Shown: positions 41,362 through 49,639 of the stretch, one piece after another | Position numbering within the stretch: position 1 is the stretch's first letter | Layout of the letters: each line of letters opens with the position of its first letter | NCBI GenBank assembly: GCA_044223005.1 | Contig: JBGAML010000015.1 | Coordinates: 32,001-96,000, forward strand | Direction: 5' to 3' | Length of the DNA: 64,000 bases | Source of the DNA: Candidatus Eiseniibacteriota bacterium | Lineage (GTDB): Bacteria; Eisenbacteria; RBG-16-71-46 | Notes under the pieces: generated by a model | Seen by the model: only the letters and a program-made list of their open reading frames with translations | Told to the model about the DNA's origin: nothing | Database searches by the model: none | Made by a program: the position numbers and the translations under genes

Positions 41362-41850
41362 CTACTTGCCCGCGTCGAGCTTGCGGAAGTAGTGGATGAG
41401 GCTCTGCGCTTCGTCCTGCGTGATGTTGAGCTTGAGCATCTGCAGGTTCTTGTTCTCGACCATGAGCCCGTGCGCGATCGGGTCCGTGCGCGTCATCACG
41501 TCCGGCTCCATGATCTGGTGCTGCATCCACAGCTCGGTGCGGCGCTCGGTGACGCCCTTGAGGTCCGGTCCCGTCAGCTTCTTGCCGTAGGCGTGGCACG
41601 CCATGCAGCCCTTGGTCGTGAAGAGCTTCTCGCCCGCGGCGGCCTTCGCGGCGTCGAACGCGACCGAGTTGGCGCGTGGGCCGTCGTCGTAGAGCGACTT
41701 GGCGAGCACCTGCGACGTGGCGGTGGCGGCCGTGTCGGAGGCGGCTGGCGTGGTGCTCGGGGTCGAGGACGTGGTCTCCTCCGACTTGGGCGCACAGCTG
41801 GCGAGCACGACCACGAAGCAGAGCATCAGGAAGGCAGCGAGTCCCTTCAT
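41362..41850 (-). CDS. Monoheme class I cytochrome c lipoprotein
   Basis: Lipobox LASC, Thr/Ala linker, CMACH, GPDL, distal Met (LQM). Confidence 0.9.
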   Translation of the reverse strand: MKGLAAFLMLCFVVVLASCAPKSEETTSSTPSTTPAASDTAATATSQVLAKSLYDDGPRANSVAFDAAKAAAGEKLFTTKGCMACHAYGKKLTGPDLKGVTERRTELWMQHQIMEPDVMTRTDPIAHGLMVENKNLQMLKLNITQDEAQSLIHYFRKLDAGK

Positions 41851-42054
41851 TCCAGTCTCCAGGGATGGTGGGTTCCGGCGTCGCCGCCGGAGGGCGGAGC
41901 CCGTGCGGCCACCCGCGGAGCGGGGGCGGGCCGTGAGCGGGCGCATTGTGCGACTTCGGCGGCGTCTTGTCTCCTGCCCGGTGCACTCCGGACGGAGACT
42001 GCGATCCTCGCATCGGTCGTCGCCGCGGTCCAGCCGGCGCCGCACCGGGGAGCA

Positions 42055-42582
42055 ATGCAATCGCACATCCGCTACGATCCCACCACCATGACGTGGTCTC
42101 CCGGGGCACCCGATTCGCCGGTCGTGCGCGTCGCCACGCCCGCGGATTCGCTCACGCTCACGCGGCTGCGCGCGGCGCTCTTCGACGAGCTGCGCATGGG
42201 CGCCGGTGCCGAGGGCGCGCAGGCGTTCGAGCGTGCGTGCGCGCCGCTCGTGGACGAGCTGATCGGGCAGGGGCGTGCGTTCGCCTGGCTGGCCGAAACG
42301 CCTGCGGGCGCGACCGTCGCGACGGTGACGCTGCTCGTCTATCCACGGCTGCCCACGCCGCAGGACCTGCGCGCGGCGGAGGGCTACCTGATCGGCGTCT
42401 GGACGGCGCCCGAGTGGCGCCGGCGCGGCATCGGCCGCGCGCTCGTGGCGGAGGCCATCGCCCGCGCACGCGCCCTGGGACTCGCGCGCGTGCGGCTGCA
42501 CGCCACGGAGGACGGCCGCCCGCTCTACAGCTCGCTCGGGTTCGCGCCCAAGCCGAGCGCCATGGAACTGCGGCTCGACTGA
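42055..42582 (+). CDS. GNAT N-acetyltransferase
   Basis: VWTAPEWRRRGIGRAL, LHATEDGRPLYSSLGF. Alternative start 42088. Confidence 0.88.
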   Translation: MQSHIRYDPTTMTWSPGAPDSPVVRVATPADSLTLTRLRAALFDELRMGAGAEGAQAFERACAPLVDELIGQGRAFAWLAETPAGATVATVTLLVYPRLPTPQDLRAAEGYLIGVWTAPEWRRRGIGRALVAEAIARARALGLARVRLHATEDGRPLYSSLGFAPKPSAMELRLD

Positions 42583-42601
42583 CGCCCGGCGCGCCTCGCG
42601 C

Positions 42602-43585
42602 TCAGCGCCAGGCCGCCTTGAGCGCGCCCCAGCTCGACGAGTGGTTCGCCGTCGCGAGATCCCCGAAAACCTGGATGCGATGGTTGTCGGTGTCGGCCAC
42701 GTAGACGAACCCGCGCGCGTCGACCGCGATTCCGCTCGGATGGTTGAACTGGCCCGGCGCCGATCCCGGGCTGCCCCAGCTCGCGAGCAGCGCGCCGTTG
42801 GGTGAGTAGTGAATCACCCGGCAGTTCTTCCAGTCGGTGACGTACAGGTCGCCACGGGCGTCCGTGGCGATGCCGCCGAGAGGAGGGATCGGGACGTAGG
42901 ACAGGGAAAAGAAGAAGAGAAAGTCCAGCTGCGTGTCGACATCGCCGCTCCGGCTGATGTGGCGGATCAGGCCGTTGAAGTTGTCGATCGCCACGATCTC
43001 GCCGGCCGATCCGCATGTGAGCAGCGTCGGTATGTAGTCGGGATATCCATTCCACTTCGGGACCCACTGCGAGAGCAGCCGCCCCTCGATCGTGTACTCC
43101 ATCATCCATCCCAGCATGGGATCGGCCACGATCACGTGCGCATCGGGCATGACGGCGAGGCCCCGGGGGACGTAGAGCCACGTGGGCATCGGCCCCGTCT
43201 GCCCCCAGATGTGCTCGAACGTGCCGGTCGAGGTGAACGCCTGGACTTCGCGGCTGCCCTCGTCGAGGACGACCACGTCACCGCCCGGTGAGAGCCCGAT
43301 CTGCGTAGGGGTGATGAACTGCCCGTCGAGCGCTCCGAGAGTTCCCCACTGCTGGAGGAAGTGCCCCTCGAGGTCGAAGCGCTGGATGCGGTGATTGCCC
43401 GAATCGCAGACGTACAGGTGGCCCTGGGCATCGACGGCGAGACCGCGCGGGCGCGCGAACTGCCCCGCTCCTGCTCCGGCAACGCCCCATTGGGCGACAA
43501 ACACCGGGGCCTGCGCGTGAGCAAAGGCGACGAGCAGTACGCTCGCCGCCGCCATTCCGACCAGAATCCCGCCGACCCGGCGCAT
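42602..43585 (-). CDS. Secreted NHL-repeat beta-propeller protein with SWGALKAAWR tail
   Basis: Signal peptide AHA; GQFxxPxGxAVD...YVxDxxNHRIQ repeats; SD GGAGG. Confidence 0.9.
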   Translation of the reverse strand: MRRVGGILVGMAAASVLLVAFAHAQAPVFVAQWGVAGAGAGQFARPRGLAVDAQGHLYVCDSGNHRIQRFDLEGHFLQQWGTLGALDGQFITPTQIGLSPGGDVVVLDEGSREVQAFTSTGTFEHIWGQTGPMPTWLYVPRGLAVMPDAHVIVADPMLGWMMEYTIEGRLLSQWVPKWNGYPDYIPTLLTCGSAGEIVAIDNFNGLIRHISRSGDVDTQLDFLFFFSLSYVPIPPLGGIATDARGDLYVTDWKNCRVIHYSPNGALLASWGSPGSAPGQFNHPSGIAVDARGFVYVADTDNHRIQVFGDLATANHSSSWGALKAAWR

Positions 43586-43697
43586 GATGTCATGCCTCCC
43601 TGCGGTTCGTGCCTTCCCGCGTCCCCCGATGCGCCGAGGGGCACGTACGTTCATTCGGTGCGGCCCCGAGCCGCTCGGGCCCGACCGCTCCTCGCGT

Positions 43698-44675
43698 TCA
43701 GCGCCAGGCTGCCTTGAGCGCGCCCCAACTCGACGAGTGTGCCGGCGTCGCGAGGGGCCCGAACACCTGGATCCGGTTGTTGCCGGTGTCGCTCACGTAG
43801 ACGAGGCCGCTGGGCGCGACCGCCACCGAGTACGGGTTCTTGAACTGTCCCGGCCCGCTGCCGAACGAACCCCACTGCGCGAGGAACGTCCCGTCGCTCG
43901 TGAACATCTGGATGCGGTGGTTGCGTTCGTCCGCCACGTAGACGATGCCGTTCGCGTCGATCGCGATGCCCGTCGGATGGCTGAACTGTCCCGGCCCGGC
44001 TCCGCGCGATCCCCAAGCGCGCACGAACGTGCCGTCGGTGCGATATACGTACACTTGGTGCATGACGTTGTCGCACATGAAGAGCTGGTCGTGCCCGTCG
44101 GAGGCGAGCCCCTGCACGTACATCTGCTGCGTGAAGGGCCAGTCCGGAGACACGTAGGTGCCCCACATGGCGAGATAGTCGCCGCCGTTCGTCCAGCGCG
44201 TGACGCGCTGGCTGTTGGTCTCGCCGGTGTAGACGGTGCCGTCCGCGTCCACCGCGATCGCGGCGAGTTGCTCGAAGCCGAGCAGCATGCCGGCCCAGGA
44301 GCGCACCCAGGCGCCACTGGCGTCGAACTTCTCGACGACGCGCTGCGAGTGGTCGCCGACGAAGATGTTGCCCGCGGCGTCGACGGCGACGGAGAACGGC
44401 GCCTCGAACTGCCCGACGACGAACCCCTGCGACCCGAACTGCGAGCGGAAGCCGCCGGTGGGCGAGAAGATCTGGATCCGCCAGTTCGCCGAATCGCAGA
44501 CGTAGACGTTGCCGGAAGCGTCGCAGGCGATGCCGGCGGGCTTGTTGAGCTGGCCGGCGCCGGAGCCGGTGCCGCCCCACTGGCCGATGTAGCTGGGACC
44601 CTCGGCGTGGGCGAACGAAGGGGTGGCGCAGGCGAGAGCGATGCCGAGGAGCGTGGCGCGTGCGGCGGAATGCAT
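43698..44675 (-). CDS. Secreted NHL-repeat beta-propeller protein with SWGALKAAWR tail (paralog)
   Basis: Signal peptide AHA; six NHL-like repeats; SD GGAGG. Confidence 0.92.
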   Translation of the reverse strand: MHSAARATLLGIALACATPSFAHAEGPSYIGQWGGTGSGAGQLNKPAGIACDASGNVYVCDSANWRIQIFSPTGGFRSQFGSQGFVVGQFEAPFSVAVDAAGNIFVGDHSQRVVEKFDASGAWVRSWAGMLLGFEQLAAIAVDADGTVYTGETNSQRVTRWTNGGDYLAMWGTYVSPDWPFTQQMYVQGLASDGHDQLFMCDNVMHQVYVYRTDGTFVRAWGSRGAGPGQFSHPTGIAIDANGIVYVADERNHRIQMFTSDGTFLAQWGSFGSGPGQFKNPYSVAVAPSGLVYVSDTGNNRIQVFGPLATPAHSSSWGALKAAWR

Positions 44676-45014
44676 GAGGCCCTCCCGAGGGCGCGAGTGG
44701 GGGACAGCCTCGAGGGTGCGCCCGCGGGCTCCTCGCGTCGAGAGCGACGAACGGCGGCGTGCGCGCCGGTCTCGGAGGGCCTCGGGTGTGAGGCGACTCG
44801 GGCCTCGCGACGCGCCACCGTGCCTTCCACAATGCCCCACGGCAGGCCTTGTTCTCCCAGCGAGTTGCAGGCCGCGGTGAATGTCGCTTCGCAGGCGATG
44901 GCGAGTCGTGAGTCCCGCTGGCGCTTCGTGTCTCCAACGGCGAGGATGCCGGGGACAGGGGCCGTGGGACGCACGAGCCGGCCGTTCACGCGATCGAAAG
45001 GGGAGCAGGAGGAA

Positions 45015-45530
45015 ATGGTGACGACGACGAAGCAGGTCTTCCGGGCCCTGGTGTTCGCCGTGGCCATGGCGGTGACCGTGGGCGCCGCGGGCTGCCAGCA
45101 GACGGGGACGCAGGGCGGGGACGCCGGAGCGGTGGTCGCGGGCGATCCGTGGACCGCGGTGCAGGTCGTGAAGCCGGCCGACCTGGCCGCGCAGCTCAAG
45201 GGACCGGAAGCGTCACGCCCGCTGCTGCTGCACGTGGGCTTTCCCGTGCTCTTCCGCGCGGGGGCGATCCCGGGCACGATCTACGCGGGCGAAGGCCGCA
45301 CGCCCGAAGGGATCGAGCAGCTGCGCTCGACCGTGAAGGACATGCCGCGCGACAAGGAGGTCGTGCTCTACTGCGGCTGCTGTCCGTGGGATCACTGCCC
45401 GAACATGCGCCCGGCGTTCACGGCCATGCACGAGATGGGATTCACGAACGTGCGCGCGCTCCACATCCCGAAGAACTTCACCAGCGACTGGGTCGACGCC
45501 GGCTTTCCCGTCGAGACGCCCCAGCACTGA
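45015..45530 (+). CDS. Rhodanese-like lipoprotein with YCGCCPxxxCPN motif
   Basis: SD AGGAGG, lipobox AAGC, GAIPG, VVLYCGCCPWDHCPN, DWVDAGFP. Confidence 0.85.
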   Translation: MVTTTKQVFRALVFAVAMAVTVGAAGCQQTGTQGGDAGAVVAGDPWTAVQVVKPADLAAQLKGPEASRPLLLHVGFPVLFRAGAIPGTIYAGEGRTPEGIEQLRSTVKDMPRDKEVVLYCGCCPWDHCPNMRPAFTAMHEMGFTNVRALHIPKNFTSDWVDAGFPVETPQH

Positions 45531-45538
45531 TGACGCGT

Positions 45539-45568
45539 CGGGCCGGCCGGGATTTCCCGGCCGGCCCG
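45539..45568. terminator. GC-rich hairpin between convergent genes
   Basis: CGGGCCGGCCGGG-ATTT-CCCGGCCGGCCCG. Confidence 0.55.
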
Positions 45569-45587
45569 TGCACGCTCGTGCGCCGCG

Positions 45588-45818
45588 TCACATCGGCAGG
45601 CGCTGCTCCTTCTCCCCGTTGCTCGGTGCCGGCTGCTGCTGCGGCTGCGGCGCGGGCTGCGCTTCGGGCTGCGCGGGCGCGGGCGCCGCGGTGACCGCCT
45701 GCGGCGGCGCCGGGCGGTGCATCCACCGCCAGCCGAAGAACGCGAGGCCGACGACGGCCACGAGGACGAGGATGCCCACCAGGGAACGGTTGCCGTTGTT
45801 CTCGTTCGAACCCGCCAT
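45588..45818 (-). CDS. Small single-TM protein with Pro/Gln-rich tail, last gene of the pilin cluster
   Basis: ATG 3 nt after the PilX-like stop; one TM segment followed by a PAPAQP-rich region. Confidence 0.65.
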   Translation of the reverse strand: MAGSNENNGNRSLVGILVLVAVVGLAFFGWRWMHRPAPPQAVTAAPAPAQPEAQPAPQPQQQPAPSNGEKEQRLPM

Positions 45819-45821
45819 GGC

Positions 45822-47501
45822 TCAGATCTCCTTCCAGGACAGCGTGCGCGCCACCGGCGTGCTGTGGCTGAACGTGGTGGTCGTGGGATAGCACGGCGGG
45901 ATCAGGCCGCGCCGGTCGTACTTGAAGTCGCGGCCGTAACCCGACGCATACGAGCCGGTGCGCGAGTTGAAGGTGCCGAACGCGCCGTAGTACTGCGCCA
46001 CCATGCCGCCGCGGAGGTGGAACGTGCCGCGCGGATCGCCGGTGTCGTAGCTGTCCACCGTGAACTCGGCCGACGAACCGATGGCCATCACGTATGCGTC
46101 GAGATAGGCGTCGTTGGGCATGCTCGAGCCGATCCGGACGCTGCCGTTGGCGGACATGATGCCGAGCACGTTGTTGTTGTTGTTGTAGCTGTCGCAGGTG
46201 ATGTCGCGCTGGATCACGACGTCGTTCTTGGCCGCGATCAGCAGCTTGGTGTTCTCCGAAATGGCCGGGAGCACCGTGCTTCCCGAGCGGTCGGGACCGC
46301 GCAGGTCGCTGATTCCACCGTCGACGTACATGACGCCGATCATGCTGCTGCCGGAGCCCGACACGTAGGTCTCGGCCGGCGAACCGGTCGCGCTCGAGCC
46401 GTTCCAGACCTGCACGCCGGTGCCACCACCGGTCACGAGGATCGTCTTGGTCGTGGTGCCCTGGCGCATCTGGTACCACTGCTGGTTCGATACCGTGTCC
46501 GCCCACATCTTGCACATGGACAGGTCACCCTTGATGTAGAAGCCGACCGGGTTGCCGGAGCCGTCGTGCGAGATGTAGATGCCGTTCGGCGGCGTGCTGC
46601 TGCCGCTCACGCCGGTATTGCAGTGGCCATTGATGTCGGAGTTGGACGGGGCCGTGGTGCGAGACGGGTCGCCCAGGAGCGCCGCGTTCTGCTGGTTGTA
46701 CGCATTCGTCGGCAGCGGCACGGTCGGGACGCTCCGGTCGAAGCCGTTGTAGAAGAACGGCTGGTCGATCGTGCCGTTGTTGTCCGCGTTCGCGGTGACG
46801 ACGCCGTTGCCGTTGTTGTTGAAGTCGGCGGTGCTCGAGTGGCTGGTCACGAGGTCGTAGAACGTGGGCCGGAACGCGAACTTGAAGCCCGTGTTCGTGT
46901 GCACGCGGCCGTCGAACGAGGTGTTCGAGGAGAACCAGATCGAGCTGCCGTCCGCGAGCGTGTGCGTGTTCGTGTAGATCAGGTAGTCCGTGAAGCTGTT
47001 GCGGCTCGCGGTGACGCGGAGGAGGCCCTGGGCCTGGACGCGGCGCTGGCCGGAGAGCCCCGTGGTGCCCGTCGAGGCGACGGTGAAGCGGTACTCGTAC
47101 CACTGCTGGCTCGCACCCACGACACCGGTGTTGTACTGGATCGTGCCGGCCGCGGTGAAGTTCGGGTTCGTGCTCGAGACCGTGAATGCGGACGGCGGCG
47201 CCGGGAACAGCAGGCCCGGCCGCCTGATCACGGAGTCGACGCCCGTGTACGCCGCACAGCAGCTGTCGATCTTGGCGTTCAGCCGGTTCCCGAGATCCTG
47301 CTGCAGCGCGCGCACGCCGGCGTCCGCCGCGTACAGCGACGCCTTTGCGATCTGGACGTTCGAGGACATGCTGCGCTCGCCCGTGGTCGTGAAGAGGAAC
47401 GTCGCCACGAGAACCGAGCTCAGCAGCACCACCAGGACGGCGGCGATCAGGGCGATCCCTCGCTCCCGGCTGGGGCCATTTGTGATGCGAGAGGGGATCA
47501 T
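45822..47501 (-). CDS. PilX/ComZ-like large minor pilin
   Basis: Prepilin-like ERG|IALIAAVL without Glu5, SLYAADAGV, then a long beta-rich C-terminal region (FDGRVHTN, YGRDFKYDRR). Confidence 0.75.
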   Translation of the reverse strand: MIPSRITNGPSRERGIALIAAVLVVLLSSVLVATFLFTTTGERSMSSNVQIAKASLYAADAGVRALQQDLGNRLNAKIDSCCAAYTGVDSVIRRPGLLFPAPPSAFTVSSTNPNFTAAGTIQYNTGVVGASQQWYEYRFTVASTGTTGLSGQRRVQAQGLLRVTASRNSFTDYLIYTNTHTLADGSSIWFSSNTSFDGRVHTNTGFKFAFRPTFYDLVTSHSSTADFNNNGNGVVTANADNNGTIDQPFFYNGFDRSVPTVPLPTNAYNQQNAALLGDPSRTTAPSNSDINGHCNTGVSGSSTPPNGIYISHDGSGNPVGFYIKGDLSMCKMWADTVSNQQWYQMRQGTTTKTILVTGGGTGVQVWNGSSATGSPAETYVSGSGSSMIGVMYVDGGISDLRGPDRSGSTVLPAISENTKLLIAAKNDVVIQRDITCDSYNNNNNVLGIMSANGSVRIGSSMPNDAYLDAYVMAIGSSAEFTVDSYDTGDPRGTFHLRGGMVAQYYGAFGTFNSRTGSYASGYGRDFKYDRRGLIPPCYPTTTTFSHSTPVARTLSWKEI

Positions 47502-47514
47502 CGAACTCCTCCTG

Positions 47515-48384
47515 TCAGAACGTCCGCGGCCGGATGGCCGCGTACACGCTGTCCTGAAGCGTGGGGAATCGGCTGGACGTGACGGACGTCAGGACGACCG
47601 GGACCACCTTGTTCACGAACGCCATGCTGCCGGGGCTGCGCGTGATCGTGCCGTCCTGCATTTCGTAGTACACGCGGAACCCCGAGATGTCGTACGCGAC
47701 GACCGACTGGGCGCCGCCCAGTTCCTGGCGAACCAGCGCGGGCTTGGAGTAGGTGGTCGCGTCGAAACGGTAGGTCACGAGCATCGACTTGTAGACGAAC
47801 GTCGAGTGCGCCGGATAGCCGCCACCGACCGGCCACTGCACCTGGCCGGTGTTGTAGTTGGACGTGCTCGCGTGCGCGAACTGCGCGGGCGACGCGGTGA
47901 CGCCCGTGATCTGGAACATGTGCGTGCTGGAGCCGTTGGTGAGGACCACGAAGCTGCCGGTCGTGAACGCCGACGGAATGCTGTCGAGCATCATGTTGGA
48001 GCTGGACGAGGCCATCGCGGTCGAGAGCGTGGTCGTGCCCAGCCAGCCGCCGACCAGCGTCACGGAGTCGTTGGCCGCCGTGCCGCCGTAGCCGGGGTTG
48101 ATGGCGTACAGCGTCCAGGCGGCGCCGCCGCGACCGGCCATCACGGTGTCGGTGCCGAATCCCGAACCCGCCATGCGCATTTCACGTTCCAGCAGCTGCA
48201 CGGCGCTGCGTGCCATCTGCCGCCGCTCGGCCACAGAGGTGACGCGCTGCGACTGGGACTGCGACCGGTGAAGCACGCCCATGATGAAGCCCACGACGAT
48301 GGCCATGACCACGAGCGCGACCATCAGCTCGATGAGCGTGAACCCGCGAGCCTGCCTGTTGGAGCCGGGTGAAGGCGTGCGCAT
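47515..48384 (-). CDS. PilW-like type IV minor pilin
   Basis: ARG|FTLIELMVAL N-methylation motif; REMRMAG. Confidence 0.88.
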   Translation of the reverse strand: MRTPSPGSNRQARGFTLIELMVALVVMAIVVGFIMGVLHRSQSQSQRVTSVAERRQMARSAVQLLEREMRMAGSGFGTDTVMAGRGGAAWTLYAINPGYGGTAANDSVTLVGGWLGTTTLSTAMASSSSNMMLDSIPSAFTTGSFVVLTNGSSTHMFQITGVTASPAQFAHASTSNYNTGQVQWPVGGGYPAHSTFVYKSMLVTYRFDATTYSKPALVRQELGGAQSVVAYDISGFRVYYEMQDGTITRSPGSMAFVNKVVPVVLTSVTSSRFPTLQDSVYAAIRPRTF

Positions 48385-48392
48385 GGGGGCCT

Positions 48393-48806
48393 CTAGAACT
48401 GGGGCTTCACGATCGTCATGGCGGCGATGCTCCGGGACGTGGTGCTGTTCCGGGAGACACGGACCGTGACGCGCTTGCACCCGACGACGGGAACGGAATC
48501 GACGACGGTCCACGTCACGTAGTAGGTGCTGTCCACGGGGTTGCTCGCGTACGTGTGCGTCCCCGCCGCCAGCGCCGAGTTTCCGAACGGCGTCATGAGC
48601 AGTTCCTCGGCCTGCCGCGCGGCGAGCGTGGAGGCGCGGGTCTGCTGGCCGGCGGCGTTGATGCGGCGCGTACCCGCGGGCACGCAGATGGCCAGCGAGA
48701 GCACGCCGATGGAGAAGACGACCATCGCGACGAGGACTTCGATCAGGCTGAAGCCCGATCGATCCGCGCGCACGCGCCGAACGAGTCGCGAGAGGAAGGC
48801 GTTCAT
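48393..48806 (-). CDS. PilV-like type IV minor pilin
   Basis: RSG|FSLIEVLVAMVVFSIGVL; ASTLAARQAEEL. Confidence 0.88.
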   Translation of the reverse strand: MNAFLSRLVRRVRADRSGFSLIEVLVAMVVFSIGVLSLAICVPAGTRRINAAGQQTRASTLAARQAEELLMTPFGNSALAAGTHTYASNPVDSTYYVTWTVVDSVPVVGCKRVTVRVSRNSTTSRSIAAMTIVKPQF

Positions 48807-49282
48807 GGCCGGTACGTGATCCCCGCAGCGGAGACGGCGAGGGTGTCCGCCTTGCCCCGCGTGTTGTTGAAGGTGATCGTGCCCCCGGTGGTGCCAGGGA
48901 CCAGGATGCCGCTGATGTCGAAGTTCACGACGTTCGCCGGCGTGAGCGCGGTGCTGACCAGCTTCGAGTAGGTCGGCATGGTCCGGCTGATCAGCCGCTC
49001 GCCGCTGTCGACGACGCCGTTCGAGTTCCGGTCCACGTGCAGCGTGTAGGAACCCCGCGCCGTGCTCGTCCCGACCGTGAAGCGCACGAACACGGGCGAG
49101 CGCCGCGTGATCGCGAGCTGGCGGGCGGTCCGCATGTCCTCGATCAGCTGGTTCTTGGCTTGCTTGAGAGCGATCGTGCTCCGGTAGCTGCCGAACGCGG
49201 GCAGTCCGAAACTGAGACAGAGACCGATGATCACGACGACGATCATGGTCTCGATCAGGGTGAAGCCGCGTTCTGCAGCCAT
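48803..49282 (-). CDS. FimT/GspH-like minor pilin
   Basis: ERG|FTLIETMIVVVII; ARQLAIT; SD GGAGG. This is the 3' part of the listed 1168-aa ORF. Confidence 0.88.
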   Translation of the reverse strand: MAAERGFTLIETMIVVVIIGLCLSFGLPAFGSYRSTIALKQAKNQLIEDMRTARQLAITRRSPVFVRFTVGTSTARGSYTLHVDRNSNGVVDSGERLISRTMPTYSKLVSTALTPANVVNFDISGILVPGTTGGTITFNNTRGKADTLAVSAAGITYRP

Positions 49283-49330
49283 GGACCCTCCCAGTTCCCG
49301 TGGGGCACACCGCATCAACGTCACCCTCTC

Positions 49331-49346
49331 CGCAAGAGAGGGGCCA
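49331..49346 (-). promoter_or_regulatory. Putative sigma54 (-24/-12) promoter of the pilin cluster
   Basis: TGGCCCCTCTCTTGCG = GG-N10-GC with TTGC, about 50 nt upstream of the first pilin ATG. Confidence 0.6.
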
Positions 49347-49639
49347 CGGGGGGTATCGGCGGGCGGGGCCGGAATTGCCACCGGATTCGCTCGGGGATTC
49401 CTCGCTCTTGCGACGGGCAGTTGCCGGATGCACGCGAGGGTCGCGCAGATTGCCCGATCCGCCGGCGTGGAACGGGCGTCCAAGATGAGCGGGGGACCGG
49501 CCGATAACCGGCAGTGGCCCCGGCCGCGGTGCGCGTGCGCGCTCCGGGGTCGCGTGCTAACCTGCCCGGCCTTTCGGCTCGGGGGGCGTTTTGCCGCCGC
49601 ACGGACCCTCCGGCGCGATCCCCAATCCAAGAGGAGTGC

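Noticed and set aside
39454..42582. 1042-aa plus-strand ORF
   Set aside because: It is antisense to three credible genes; only the GNAT end is real.
39133..45530. Possible integrated genomic island after tRNA-Leu
   Set aside because: No integrase and no duplicated tRNA 3' end found; composition is mostly host-like.
46171..46185. (TTG)n triplet run
   Set aside because: It encodes a short poly-Asn stretch in the PilX-like protein; too short to indicate a contingency locus.
49481..49507. CAAG-N15-GCCGATAA sigma28-like site upstream of sucA
   Set aside because: Poor -35, implausible target, a nearer TGcTAACCT -10 box exists, and a single 8-mer match is expected by chance.
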